Both the position numbers and the translations under genes were made by a program. The notes beneath the pieces were generated by a model. The model was not told where the DNA came from, ran no database searches, and saw nothing but the letters and a program-made list of their open reading frames with translations. Below are positions 27,433 to 41,232 of a stretch of 64,000 bases of DNA, piece after piece (the stretch's first letter is position 1; each line of letters begins with the position of its first letter). The DNA is taken from NCBI GenBank assembly GCA_016748015.1, contig JAAOMT010000474.1, forward strand, positions 54,910 through 118,909. The letters run 5' to 3'. The DNA comes from Geosiphon pyriformis uo1. Lineage: Eukaryota > Fungi > Glomeromycota.

Positions 27433-28378
27433 TGTTACTTAAAAAAAGAAAGCTTATCAAAAAAAAAAGAAAAAAATGTGACCTAAAGAAAAACATAATG
27501 AAATATGAAGAGATACAGAATAATGCACAATAATGTCGAATAATGTATTATAATGTAGAATAATGTGTTATAATACAGGATAACACAGAATAACATGTTA
27601 TAATGTAGGATAACATGTTATAATGCAGGATAACACAGAATAACATATAATAACGTCAGATAACATGTTATAATATAGAATAATTAGTTAGAACATAAGA
27701 AAAACAAAGTGATAGCTAGCAAAAACAGATAATCCAAAACAATTTTGTAAAACTAGAAAATATGTATATATAGCAATAACATAAGAAACAGAAAAGAGAG
27801 AATCCTCAAACAAAAATTCATTAGTTATTGTTCTCTAGTTAGAAACTATATCATTTCAAATATCAATAAATATATTTATTCAACATCTTAAATTCAATTG
27901 CTCACTATTAATTTTAAATGTTGATAGTAATTAATACTTAAATCATGTGAGAACAATAACTTTTAATTATGGCTATTAATGAGATACTAACTTGTATTGC
28001 CTTGGCTTAATTTTCTTTATCTTTTTTTATTTTTTGGTATCTTGTTAGTAGTTTATTAAACTTTTTAAGAATCAAGCACTAAGTTATTAACATTAAGGAT
28101 TGTCTGGTAAAAGACCTCTACAAGTAGGTAGAATGTATAAGAATTATGGATTGCTTACCAGAGAATTGCCAGCCACTAAGCTGAGAAAAAAATTGACAGA
28201 ATTGTGATTTTGAGAAGCTACAAATAAAACAACATGGAAATTTCTGTCTATTATACAAAAAACTTAATTAAAACCTTCAGAATGCAAAAACCTTCAGATT
28301 ACTACCATTTTATATTAATTAAACACCAAGTTATGGGTTTGTTATTTATTCCAACTATTCAAATAATCATCTGTAACA
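27433..28378 (+). repeat. Element A 3' LTR (PPT immediately upstream)
   Basis: TGTTACTT...CTGTAACA preceded by AAAAAAGAAGAAAATAA. Confidence 0.92.
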
Positions 28379-28757
28379 ATATTTTCTGTGGCATAGTGTT
28401 ATTTATGGTCTTATCAACTACTAAATTATCTGAGTTTACATAGCTCATTTCTTTAACAACTGTGTTTTTGATGTTTTTAATATTTAACAGACTACTAATA
28501 CTACTAACTTTGCTGTCAACATTACTATTTCAAGACACCACAGATTTTTCACTAGCACTAATTACACTCTTAAGACTTAAGGGACCAACAGATGAATTAA
28601 TTATGTTATCATTTACAACAGGCTTTTTTGGTTTTTTGTGAGATGTACTGCAAGAATACACACTCTTTACATAATTTTTTCTTGCATTTAAATGAGTTTC
28701 CAATCCAGCTAAAACTGAATCAAAACTATCAATAGACAAGTCCACCAGTTTTATCAT
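28379..28757 (-). pseudogene. LINE ORF1 N-terminal segment
   Basis: ATG at 28757 (MIKLVDLS...KKPKKP). It continues across the element A insertion into the ORF1 sequence ending at 9622. Confidence 0.8.
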
Positions 28758-28859
28758 AGTAAAAAGGAATGTATTAGAAAAAATAACTTAAAAAAACAAA
28801 GAAAAAAAAAGCAATTTCTCTAAATATTTCTTTCACTTTCATCATAGTTAGAAGATTAA

Positions 28860-30840
28860 CAAAAAAAAAGATAAAATAATAAATAATATCTTGTTAATAA
28901 TTATAATTAAAAGCTATTTTTTTAACATTATTAAGTAGTTATTATAGATATTAATAATATTAATATTATAATAATATAAATTTTAATATAATGATTAATA
29001 ATATCAAAAAAAAGTAAAAAAATTTTTGATAACAGTAGCAATAATAATTTAATTTACTTACTTTTAGATAGTTATGACAATTATTATAACAATACTAATT
29101 AAATTTCTGAATAATTATTTAATATTTACTACTAAAATCAAGTAAAATATATTATTTTACAATAATTAATATGTTATAATCTTAGAATTATATCAATAAA
29201 ATAATAATTTATAAATAAAACAAATAATAATAAATTAATATAAATTTTATTATTGTAATACTTAAATACAAAATAAAATTAATATATTAAAATAATATTT
29301 AAACACTTTTATAATTAAAAACACTTTATAATATTTAAAACATTTTATATAATAATATTTAAAACAAAATAAAGCATAATATATCTAATATTATATGATT
29401 ATAATATGATTATAAAAAATAAAAATTATTTATATTCTGCTATTGTGTTTGAAAAAATAGAAAATATTAAGAAAAATACATAGTAAATGTGATTATAAAG
29501 AAATAATATTATATATAAATAGTTTTGGTTTTTAAAAAAATATAATTATAAGAAAATAGTAAATATAAAAAAAGTTTATTATAATATAAAATAGTATTAT
29601 CTATGTTTTTATTATTCTTTAAATTATTCAAATTAGCATAATAAATTTTTTTAACAATTAAATTATTCAAATTATTGGCTTTTAAATTTTATTTGTATTA
29701 CTTATTTTATTGTTCATTTTGCTTCTTTAAACTTTACATAAAATGTGTTTATTTTTTTTTAAAATACCAAAATTTAAAAAACCAACAGAAATATTAATTA
29801 CAATAATAATTGTGTTAAGTTTTTTGGTTTTTTTATTAGTATTTTTATAAATAAAAATAAATAAAAATTAATTTTTTTTACACTAAGATAAAATTTTATA
29901 TTAGTCTTTTTATTATTAAAAACTTTAATTAAAAAAGTCACTAATTTTATAATAACAAAAATATTAGTATTAATAAAAATACTTATAAAAGTATAAAATA
30001 AAATATATAAAATAAAAAAATCTGCAATAAATTTTTTGCTTTTATTATAATTGAAAAATTAATAAAAAAATTTTTTGGTGTTTTTTATAAAACATATTAA
30101 ATTATTAAACAAAATAAATAATAAAAAATAAACAAAAATTAATACAATAGTATTTTTTTTATTATATAATTTATTTTAATTAAATAAAATATTATATTAT
30201 TATAGTTTAAAATTAAATATAATTCAAATTGTTAATTTTAAAATAAAATAAAACTTTAAATATTTATATAAAATTTTTGAATTTATTAAACTATATTAAA
30301 ATTATTAATAAATAAATACAAAAAAGTTTTTAAATTAATAATAAACATTTTTGTTTGTTTAATACTTATTTTTTTAGTTTTAAAATACATATTATACAGT
30401 TTTTTTGTTAATTTATTTATAACGAAAAAGAATTATAAATTTTATTAAAAATTTTACTTTTTATTATAAACAGGTATTTATTTTAATAAAATTAAAAGCA
30501 ATATTTTTAAAATTAATTTGTTTTTTAATTTTAAAAACAATAATTTTATAAACAAATTAAAAAAAATAAAAATCAGAACAAAATTAATAATATAAAAAAA
30601 CAAATATAAAATAAAATAACAAAAAAAAACAAAAATTACTAATTAATTTATATAAATAAAATATTGTTTTTTTTGAATTTACTATAATAAAATTTAAAAA
30701 AAATTTGTAAAAATAACTTAAAAAATTTATTAATAAATATTATTTATATAGTTTTTTAATATATATAAAAATAATAATAAACTTTTATTTTCTTAAATTT
30801 ATAATTAAAGCAAAGAGTAAAACAATTATATCTAATATTT
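28860..30840. other. Extremely AT-rich low-complexity tract
   Basis: Very few G/C by inspection, no ORFs in the track, no recognisable homology. Confidence 0.8.
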
Positions 30841-32224
30841 TTTTTAAGATATCTAATAAAGTTTTAATCAAAAAAGTTTTTTTTATTGTAAAAGTTGTTA
30901 AACAGAATATTTTAGAGATTTTTTTTTAAATAATAAATAATAAAAAACTGTTTTTAATGATTATTAAAATATTTTTCTAATCTTTGGCTGGTTTTTTACC
31001 CATTAAATTTCTTTAAAAAGACATATTTGAATCAATTCTAATGTTTTTTCTACCTTTACTAAGAGTTCAAAAGTTTTTAATAATAGACTAATTAATAAAC
31101 TGGTTTTTTTAACTATTGCTGTTATTCTTAATACTATTAACATTATTTTTTTTAAAATAGCCAAAAAAACTAAAAATTCTAAAAAACAGAAGCAGTTATT
31201 TACTTCTGCTATTATTATACTAAATTTTTTTATAATTCTAAATAAAATCTTAGATAAAATTTCTATTGTATTATTTGACATATTATTTAAAATAAGCCAA
31301 AATTAACTACTAACTGTATTGCTAAATATAATATCTTTTAGCAAATTTTTGCTGGTTTTAAAAACAAAACAACAGTTTTTTATTGAATTATTTGTTTTTA
31401 GAAATTGGTTTAACTAAATAGAAACTAATTTATCATTACTTTTTTTGGTTTCAAATATTATTATTAGTAATAATTAAGAAATTATTACTAATTATCAAAT
31501 ATTTATTGAGTAGATAGCCTCTACTTTAGTCTTTAATACTAATTTTAAGAATAAATTAGCTTATATTAAGACTGTTTTTTAGTCTATACATGTTTTTTTG
31601 TGTGTAAAATCAGTTATAAAAAACAATATAAAGCTTTTTTATGTAAAATTTGCTTTTTAATAGTCTTTAAAAACTGGATTTTTGGTTAAGCTTAAGAGCT
31701 TTATTTGTTTAACTATTTTTAAAATTGCCAAATTTTTGGTGGTTTCTAAATCTGGTTTTTTTTACTGTTATTGTATTATATAATATGTCTTTAAGTATAT
31801 TTGTTATTAATATTAAAATAGCACTTAATATGTTTAGAAAAGTTATTTATATTGTACTGAAGTCTATTAATATTTGATAATATATAATTGTTTACTTTAA
31901 AAATTTAAATACTACTATATTTGCTTTGAATTATTGATTAGTTTTATTAAATAAAAATAATATTAAAATTTTTTTTTTGGTAAATTAAAATAAAACTATT
32001 TTGTTTTGTAATAAGTTCAAAACCAAATTGGTTAATTTTTTTTTAATTGCACTGTTTATAAAATTAGTAATATAATTTTTCAAATTAATGATCAGATTTG
32101 TTTTATTTTTTGTTTACCTGATTTTAATTGTTATTTTCAATTTGCTCTAATTATATTTAATTTACAGAGTAATTTAGATGTTGCTATTATTAGAATTAAT
32201 ATTTTAAAAAAATATTGTATTTGG

Positions 32225-33200
32225 TGTTACAAATAAAATTTTAGTTATTAATTAGCATAAAATTTTTTTATAATTTCTATTATTAATTAGCATATATTAT
32301 TATTATTCAAATTATTACTTATTGTTTAATCAAAAATTATTAAAGATTATTATTTAATTAATAACTTAATTTGTACAATAAAAATTAGAATGATTAAATT
32401 ACACAATATACTGAACTATATAATATCCAAAAATTTGCTAAAATTTGTAAAAATTTACCAAAATAGTTAATAGTTTAACAAAATAATGTGTAATTTATTA
32501 AAATATATTTTTAATTCATCAAAATTATAGCAAAGAAAAAAAGTTCAAATTTACAAACTAATACTATAATAAGTTGTATAAAAAAAAAGCTTTTTTCTTT
32601 AAGAAAATTTATTTTACCAAGAATTATCTTAGTTAAAATTAATTAAAACTTTTATATATTTTTACAAAAAAAACAAATAAAAATTAAAATAATTTGAAAG
32701 CCAAAAATTTTTAAATTATTTACACTTAAAATTCTTCAAAACTCAACTAATATTTTAAAATTAATTAACTACCAATTTCAGTAAACAATTAGTCTTTTCA
32801 AGTTTGAATTAAAAACAATTTTTGTAACAAAATCTTATTTCTTTTACTTTTTTTTAATTTTTTTTATTTATTTTTTATTTTTTTATTATAATTATTAAGG
32901 TATTCTACAGAAAAAATTCTGTAAAAAAGTTGATTTTTATAAAAAAAAGTATTTATACAATTTAGTAAGCTTTCAAACAAGCAATTCTTGAGAAAAAGTT
33001 GATATTTATTAGAAAATAACTATATAAAATAACTGACACAAAATTGGCCATTTTACTTATAAGTCCAATAATTTAAATTATAAGAGATAATTGGAAAATA
33101 AATTCAGTTATCAGAGATTTATTAGCTTTCAATAAACATAAATTAATAGCAAACTAATATTAATAATATTTAAAAAAAGAAACAAAAATCTTTAATAATA
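32225..33200 (+). repeat. Element C 5' LTR
   Basis: Starts TGTTACA. Its first roughly 190 bp match 41041-41232 and it aligns with the reverse complement of 54813-55792. Confidence 0.85.
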
Positions 33201-33244
33201 TTTAGTGTTCTTCCATAAATTAACATAATAACAACAACTTCAAA

Positions 33245-36200
33245 GTAGCAATTACATTTAACATAACAACTTTAAAATATTATTAGTTGATTTATACTTA
33301 CTGCAAGTAAAGATTTAATATCTAAGATGGAATTGAAGTTTTTAAGAAATCATTATACTAATATATTGAGAACTGTGTCAACAATTATTTTTTTAAAAAT
33401 TATAATATTTAAAAGTTAGAAACCACTTCTACAAAAACTTACTATATTATTTCTATTTAGAAACAAAAAACTTTAATAGTGAAACACTCAACACTTATTT
33501 TCAAGAACTCAACTTTAATATCATTTAATATTGTGAAAAAAAATATTTTGTACAATTCAAATTTTCTTTAGATATAAAATTAGAGCCTGAAAATAACAAT
33601 AAAAGAAAGCAAAAACAAAAACAAAACCTAAAAACAATCTACAACATACTAAAAATAACTGTCAAATACTTGTAAACATCTAAACAAGGAACCAGTATTA
33701 AATTATCATTCTTTGTTACACTATTTTCAATTTCATTTGCTTAACTGCAAACATCTAATTTATTTCTTATTCGATTTTTAAGACCAAAAAACTTTATTTT
33801 ACCAAAAAGCTCAATACAACAGCCAAAATTATTATCTACCAATACCAATCTTCTTGATTTTTTAGTAAAAAACCAAAATAATCACTTTAATAACAATAAA
33901 GACATTTCTGAATTTACAAAAAAAAAATATCAAAAATAAAGATATCAAAAATATAGCAACCATCTATATCACAAAAATTATTGAATTTATTGGAGAATAT
34001 ACTAATACAAATTCACAAAAATGGCTCAACAAAGTCTAAAAACAGGAGATGCAAATAAATAAAATGCAGTAAGAATGTTAAAAGCAATTCTATACTTTCT
34101 TTAAAAAACAGTAGACAAATAGTTTAAAAACTTGGCCAAACTCTTTAAAAACTGGCAAGCATTCAAAAATGCTTTTTAAAACAATTTGCTAATAATAATA
34201 TCTTTATTATTTTCTGAAATTAATTTCAAAACATTAAATAAAAATCTTTTGTATCTATTATAACCTATCTTAGAAAATTCAACAAATTTTTCTGACAAAT
34301 TTAACAAATTAAAAACCAATAGATATTATTCTAATGTTCAAATTTTGGATCAATTTATAGCTGCATTAAAAGATAAACTAATCAAAAAAGTTTGTTTTCA
34401 TGCTTTAGCAGACTTAATTATAGCCATTTAACATATAAAAAACTATAAAATAGCAATGAAAGAAGCAAATTACACTAAACTTATTATCCTTGCAATAAAT
34501 AAAACCAGCTCAGCAGCTAAAAAAAAAATTGATCAACTTGTAAAAAAAGTTGAAAACTATTTTACCAACCAATAATAACAGCAATAATAGAAATATTGAT
34601 CATTATAACAACAAAACTCAAACAACTTCTTACTATCAAACAGCCAAAACCAAAGTTGTCATTGTTGTAAAATTTCAGAACATTAGAAACAAGATTGCTG
34701 AAAAATATAACAAAACCAGTAGCAAAGAAATAATTAACATTATTCTTAACCACAACAAATCTATTATTAATCTTTACTATTATTTTACAATCTACCAAGA
34801 CCTTAATACCAGAACAATTATTATCAACTTGTTTTATAACCTAGTTAACAATAGTATCAACAATCACTAATTCAGTAATATTAAGTACTTGTTCAAAAAT
34901 TGGTTTAATAAAACCAATTTGCATTTTAGAATTAATTTATAACAAATAATAATAGATTTAATTTCAATAACTAATTAGTTTTCTGAAATCCAATTCAACA
35001 AAGACTTACATATTATTACACTCAATTTAGCTATCTTACAATACTAAAAAAATCAAATTTTTAGCAAACTGTATTTTCTGAAAGTAAAACTGCAGTCTTA
35101 AAACAAAACCTTTTTAGTAATACTATTTTACCAGCCCAAATTACCCAAAATATCAACTTTTTCAATATTTTTTTATTTAAATTCAAAACCAATAAATTAC
35201 TATTTTTATTTAGTAATATAGCAGTTATAAAACAAAAACCAATTACAATAATATACACCAAAGTTAAAGTTGAAGAAAAACCAATTTAATTAATTTTAAA
35301 CAATAAATTTGTCAAAAGCATTATTATATATTAATTAATATAACAACTTAAATAAAAAATTGACTAACTAGCCTGAACAGTTATTGTTACAGCCAATAAT
35401 ATAAAGAAAACTTTAGTAAAAAAAATTGATAATTTTTTTTATAATTAATAAAATTACTATTCCAGTTAAAGTTCTTGTCATGAATACATCTCAATACTAA
35501 GTTCTTGTTGAAAACAACTGGCTTTTCAAAGCCAATGCAAATTTAAATTAAAAAATCCAGAAATTCAAAATCTTATACCAAAGACAATACATCAGAGTAT
35601 TTGTTACTTATAATATTTTTAACAAATAATTGGAAAAAGCCTTTGTGTTTAAATTTAAAGAGGAGAAAAAAATGCTAATTACTAAAACTTATATGGCTTT
35701 TAAATTAACATCCAATTGGACTGAAAAAATAAAACAAAATTTTTTTAAAGAAACCAGTAATTTAAACAAAATTCAGTATTCCAAACCAGAACTACAAAAA
35801 CAGCTATCATATATTCTATTCAAATTCAAAAATTGTAACAAAAAACTTTTATTAATAAAAGTTTGTATATTATCAAAAAAAGAATATGAAATGTGTACTT
35901 GCTATTACTACAAAACCTACTACTATGAATAATTAGGATACTTCAAATAAAATAAAAAATAAAACAACACTTCTTGTCTGACTTGTGGAAAACTATTATC
36001 TAAAAAATATAACTGAATTAATGTTGCAATAAAAAAAAGATATGCAATTAAATCTGTCAATATGCTTTTTGAATATTAAAAAAAGTTTACAGAGAAATTT
36101 TTTTTGATGTAATATATAACAATATGCTCAACAAACTTTATTATTATCGATATAATGCTAAAATAATTTATAAACTAATCATAGCTTTAATTAATAAAGA

Positions 36201-39200
36201 AACTCAAGAAGATATTCACCAAATAAAAAAAGCTAAATATATTGAATACACTTTAGAAATTGTTAGATACAACTATGAAGATAAAGTAAAAGTATACTAC
36301 CAAATCACAAGTTACACTTATCTACCCAAAAAAGTTTAAATTTACTAATTAAAACAAATAAATATTTAACTATGTAAAAAATGTGTTATGTTTTATAATA
36401 ACTAATAGTGTCCAGAATATTATGTTTTTAGCATTTTCTTGTTTAGTGAAAATAACAAGCACAAAATTGAATTTAGAAAACCAAAACCAAAAAAAAAATT
36501 ACAATAACTCTAGTTTATTTTATTAAAAATTAGCTTGCTATACAACTTAAGTATTTTGACAATAATAATTAAGAAATCAAGTCAAAAAAACTCCATGAAA
36601 TTGATGCTAGATATAATCTACAATATCCAAACAAAAACACTTTAGTCTTCTAATCCAAATCTTTAATAAAAATTAATCTTAGAATTGCTTTTGAAATACT
36701 ACCAGAAATAATAGTCCAAATTGTTTTTTGATTATTTTTGGCCAGCAAAAAAATTAACATTAGAAAAAAGTTATCAATGCAGAATACATTAGAGACATTA
36801 CAATTATGCTGCAAAATAAAACTAAAAAACCATTAAAAATTGAACATGCTGAGAAAATTGCTTAAGTTATTTATTTATTTTTAATCAATATTTCGAGTTT
36901 ACAATTAGTTACAGCAAGAGAACAATTAGGAAAAAGTGAAAGAAAAATTCAAAATTTTGGTTCAACCAAACGATTTATAGTTTTAGTAAATATAGCTTTC
37001 AAAATACAAAATAAATCTTACTAATTATTATCTTATTTTTTGGAAAACATCATAAAATTTACATTTGTCCAAAACTTATTACCACTCAACAAATTTTTGA
37101 ATTAAATAAACAAATCTGTTTGAAACATAAAATTTTAATTTCAAATATTTATATTCCAAAAAGAATAAAAAAATTTCAGATTATTTTCTACAATCCTAAC
37201 AAATATTTTATTATTTTATTAAATAGATTAGAAATTGAAATTATATATAACAATATTTTCCAAAATAAAACCTCTCAAATTGTCTTTAATTTTATTAAAA
37301 TTGTAAGACATATACTATTTTCAAATCTAAATATTATTTCTAGTACCAAAAACTATCATATTATTGAAAAAAAACTTTCTTAAATCAACATAGATTCTTT
37401 GGAACTCCAACAACAAAAACAATTAAAACAATTAATTATTGAATATACTAATATATTTGTTAAAGATAACATGATCTTGAAAAAACAAATATTGTCCAAC
37501 ATAAAATTCATATAAGTGATACTCTACCAAAATACTAACAAGTTTACTGAATACTACCAACCAGCCATTAATTTATTAGAGAAAAAGTTCAACAAATGTT
37601 TAATAATAAATTCATCTAACTATTAAAAAGTTCATGGGCCTTATCAGTAGTTTTTATTAAAAAAAAATAACAAGATTAAATTCTATGTAAATTATTGTCA
37701 ACTTAACAGTATAATAATTAGAGATACATACCTTTTATCAAGAATAACAATATGTTAAATACATTAAAAAAAGCCAAATTTTTCTTAACTTTAGACTTAG
37801 AAAGCAAATATTAGCAAGTTGAAATAAATCTCAAAGACTATTTTAAAACATTATTTACAACACAAAAAAAACTATGAGTTTAATATTATGTTGTTTAAAC
37901 TTTACAATGCATTAACAATATTCCAAAAACTTATAGATATTATTTATAAAAAACTTTTATGACAATCAATAGTTGTTTATCTTAATAATACTAATATGTA
38001 TTCTCCAAATTTCAAAGCTTATTTAATTTACTTGCAAGAAGTATTTCAATAATTTCGAAAAACAAGATTAAAATTGAATATTAGAAAATGTTATTTTAGA
38101 AAAATAAGTTTGATTTTTATTGAATATATTGTTAGCAAGAATAGAATTTAATCCAATTCAAGAACAATTAGTGCTGTCAAAAACTTTTAATGTCACAAAA
38201 TACTAGAGAACTAAGAGAATTTATAAAATTGGCTTTTTATTATTAGAAATTTATCAAAAAATTTTCAGAAATTGCCAAACTACTTAACCATCTAACCAAC
38301 AAAAACATAAAATATTAATAAATATAAACCCAACAACAAACATTTAACACTTTTAAAAAAAAACTCATTACAACTCTAATTTTTGCTTATTTAGATTTTA
38401 GTAAAAGTTTTAGTTAACCATTAATGTTTCACATACAGCTTTTGGTGCTATTCAATCATAATTGAATAACAATAGCAATAAGTAAGTAATTATATATATC
38501 AATAAAACACTCAAGCCAATAGAACTCAAATATAACTCCACTAAATTAAAAACAACAGCTGTTATCTAGATTTTAAAATATTTTTAACAATATCTGCAAA
38601 ATAAAAAAAATTTTGATATTATAATTGACAACATTAGTCTTAAATAGCTTAATAAAAAAAGCTCTGAACTTAATGTAAAACAATTTCAATAGACTGATTT
38701 TTTTGTTAATTACAAATATATTGTATATTACAAATTAAGAAAATTACACACCAATGTAAATAGTCTTTTAAGAATAAGACAAAATTGATATTAACTTTAA
38801 CTCTACTAACTTAATAACAATAAACAATTAACAAACAATAGATCTCGAAAATTACAATAATATTAAAAATTATTTAAAGACTCTTATTATGTTAAAAAAC
38901 TTGTTCCAATTAAAAAACAGTAATTACAATACTAATTAAAACAATATTTCTTATACTACAACAAAATCTATTAATGAAATTACACAAACTTAACAAATCT
39001 ACTCAGATTAGTTCAACAAAATAAAAAAACTATATTATATAACATATATACAAATCTTTTATCAGCACACTTAGAAAAAAATAGTAAAATTTAAAGAACA
39101 CTTGAATTTTATTTTTGGCTATATATATATCAAAATATTTAATAATATATAAAATCATATAATAGTTATCAAAAAAGAGAAAACCTTAACTTATTAAATC

Positions 39201-40200
39201 TTTAAATCCAATTAAAGTTGAATAATCTTTTAATAAAATGAAAATCAATTTAGTTAGACCACTATTTATTACAACTTAAAAAAACTGTTATATTGCAGTT
39301 ACAGTAAATTATCTTATCAAATAGTCTAAAGTCAGAGCCATCTAAAAAGCAAACACAAAATTAATAACAAATTTAATTTATAAAAACATTATTTGTAAAC
39401 ATAAATATCCAATTAAACTTTTATTAAATCAAGAAATACACTTTGTAAATAACTTAATACAAAAAATTTATAAACAATTTAATATTAGAAGACTTTTATT
39501 ATTTTTGTATTACCTATAAACAAACGAACTTGTGGAATATTTTAACCAAACATTGTGTGAATTTTTAGCCAAAGTTTTAACTAATTTGAGCAAGAATAGA
39601 ATATTTTTATTCTATCAGTATTATTAATATATAGAACATTAAAACAAAATACTATAAAACACATATTATTTGACCTTATTTATAGAAAAACAGCAATATT
39701 ACCAATTAATTTTACTGTAAAAACATACTCAGCACAACTTATTACAGAAAAAAACTTTTAAAAAACACTTTAATAAAGAGTTTATACCTTTTTGAGTATA
39801 TTAGAAAGAAAACAATAAATTGTAATCATTTATATTAAACATTTTTAAGCTTAATAAAAAAAATAGCATAATAACAAATTGCTACCAGTTATCAACAAAT
39901 TTAGAATTAGAAACAAAGTTTTTATATACAAAACTAAGAATAAAAACCAATAGAATAAAAAATTCAAGCATAAATAAAATGGATCATTTTATATTCACAA
40001 AATTTTAGACAATAGATCATATAAATTAAGACTTAATAACAAAATTTTAGCCAAAGTTGCACATAGAAATTGATTGAAACATTATCATTTTAAAAACAAT
40101 TCTGAATTGTTAATTCTACAAATTAGTACATATTTTTTTTAATTAATTTTGAAAATATTTTTCAATATTTAGAATCAATAGTTATATTAAAACAATAACT
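33245..40200 (+). pseudogene. gag-pol: Element C gag-pol (gag, protease about 35250-35620, Cys-rich about 35820-36430, dUTPase about 36590-36970, RT about 37520-38350, RNase H, integrase about 38840-40200)
   Basis: ILDQFIAALKDKLIKKV, HEIDARYNLQY, NFGST, VYLNNT (eroded YLDD), and *NGSFYIHK (GPY/F). Confidence 0.85.
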
Positions 40201-40355
40201 AAACCTAAACATTTAATTTATTATTATCATAATATTTTTTTAATAATATACAAACATAAAAACAAAAATAGCAAATAATTACAAAAAAAACCCAAAATAT
40301 TTCTTTATTTTTTAAATTTTTTTCAAATTTTAATTTTAATTTAATTACTTTTATT

Positions 40356-41006
40356 ATGATTATTTTCCAAAACATTCAACAAATATCTCAAAAATTAATA
40401 ATAGTATTAAAAACACTCTTTGACTTATTTATAATAATTAATAAAAATCAAATTAATTACACTCAAAAAAAACTATGACACTAGTAGTTAATAATTTTCA
40501 AAATTATTATTTTTATAAAAAGAACACAAAAAGTTTTTCTAAAATTCAATTGTCAAAACTTTTAAAGCAAGCTTTAAAAAAGATTTTTATTTGCTTCTAT
40601 TAATATTTTACCAAATATTACAACTTAAAAAAAGCTATAACTATAGATTAGTAAACAAAATCATAAATATACTCCTATTTTTAGATATTTTCATATTAAA
40701 AAAATATTTTATAAACAAAAACTGGAACTTAAAACAACCAATCTTACTTTTAAAATAATACAAAAACAAATTTACAATAAATTCAAGATAACAGCTAGAT
40801 TAATAAACACTTATTACAAATTTAGAACAGTTCTTAGACTCTATGATTTATTTAATACTTGTAAAAATATTTTACAAAATTTAATACTTTAATTAAAAAA
40901 GATTCAATACATTGGCAAACTTATAGAATGGAAATTTCAACAATTTTCAAACCAAATCACATCAATTATTTTGGATCATTATTTTAATATCATAAAAAAT
41001 ACTTGA
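40356..41006 (+). pseudogene. Element C accessory ORF3
   Basis: MIIFQNIQQISQKLIIVLKT...QYIGKLIEWKFQQFSNQITSIILDHYFNIIKNT*, colinear with H ORF3. Confidence 0.68.
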
Positions 41007-41040
41007 ACTTTACTAAAACTTAGTCTTAAAGAGAAAATTA

Positions 41041-41232
41041 TATTATCAATAGAATTTTAATTATTAATTAGCATAAAATTTTTTTATAATTCTTATTATT
41101 AATAATATTTTATCATCATTCAAATTATTACTTATTATTTAATTAAAAATTTTTAAAGATTGCTATTTTATTAATAATTCAATTTATACAATAAAAATCA
41201 AGATAATTAAATTACACAATATATTAAACTAT
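41041..41232 (+). repeat. Element C 3' LTR, 5' portion
   Basis: Follows the eroded PPT, matches 32225-32419, and breaks at the element D insertion. Confidence 0.85.

Larger units (their letters stand above)
9623..28378 (+). mobile_element. Ty3/gypsy LTR retrotransposon A (dUTPase-bearing, internally deleted, two nested insertions)
   Basis: Paired LTRs 9623-10547 and 27433-28378, PBS, PPT, 4-bp TSD ATGT/ATAT, and gag-PR-DUT-RT remnants. Confidence 0.93.
957..28860 (-). mobile_element. Degenerate non-LTR retrotransposon (LINE, APE type with RNase H), split by gypsy element A at 9623-28378
   Basis: ORF1 and ORF2 remnants lie at 957-9622 and the ORF1 N-terminus resumes at 28379-28757. The frame joins across element A (...NNTMPQKI | HT*TYVLD*PPKA...). 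The 5' end is approximate. Confidence 0.9.
32225..41232 (+). mobile_element. Heavily eroded Ty3/gypsy element C (same family as H); 3' LTR interrupted by D
   Basis: 5' LTR 32225-33200, eroded PBS TTTAGTGTTCTTCCAT, gag-PR-Cys-DUT-RT-RH-IN remnants colinear with the reverse complement of H, and partial 3' LTR 41041-41232. Confidence 0.9.
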
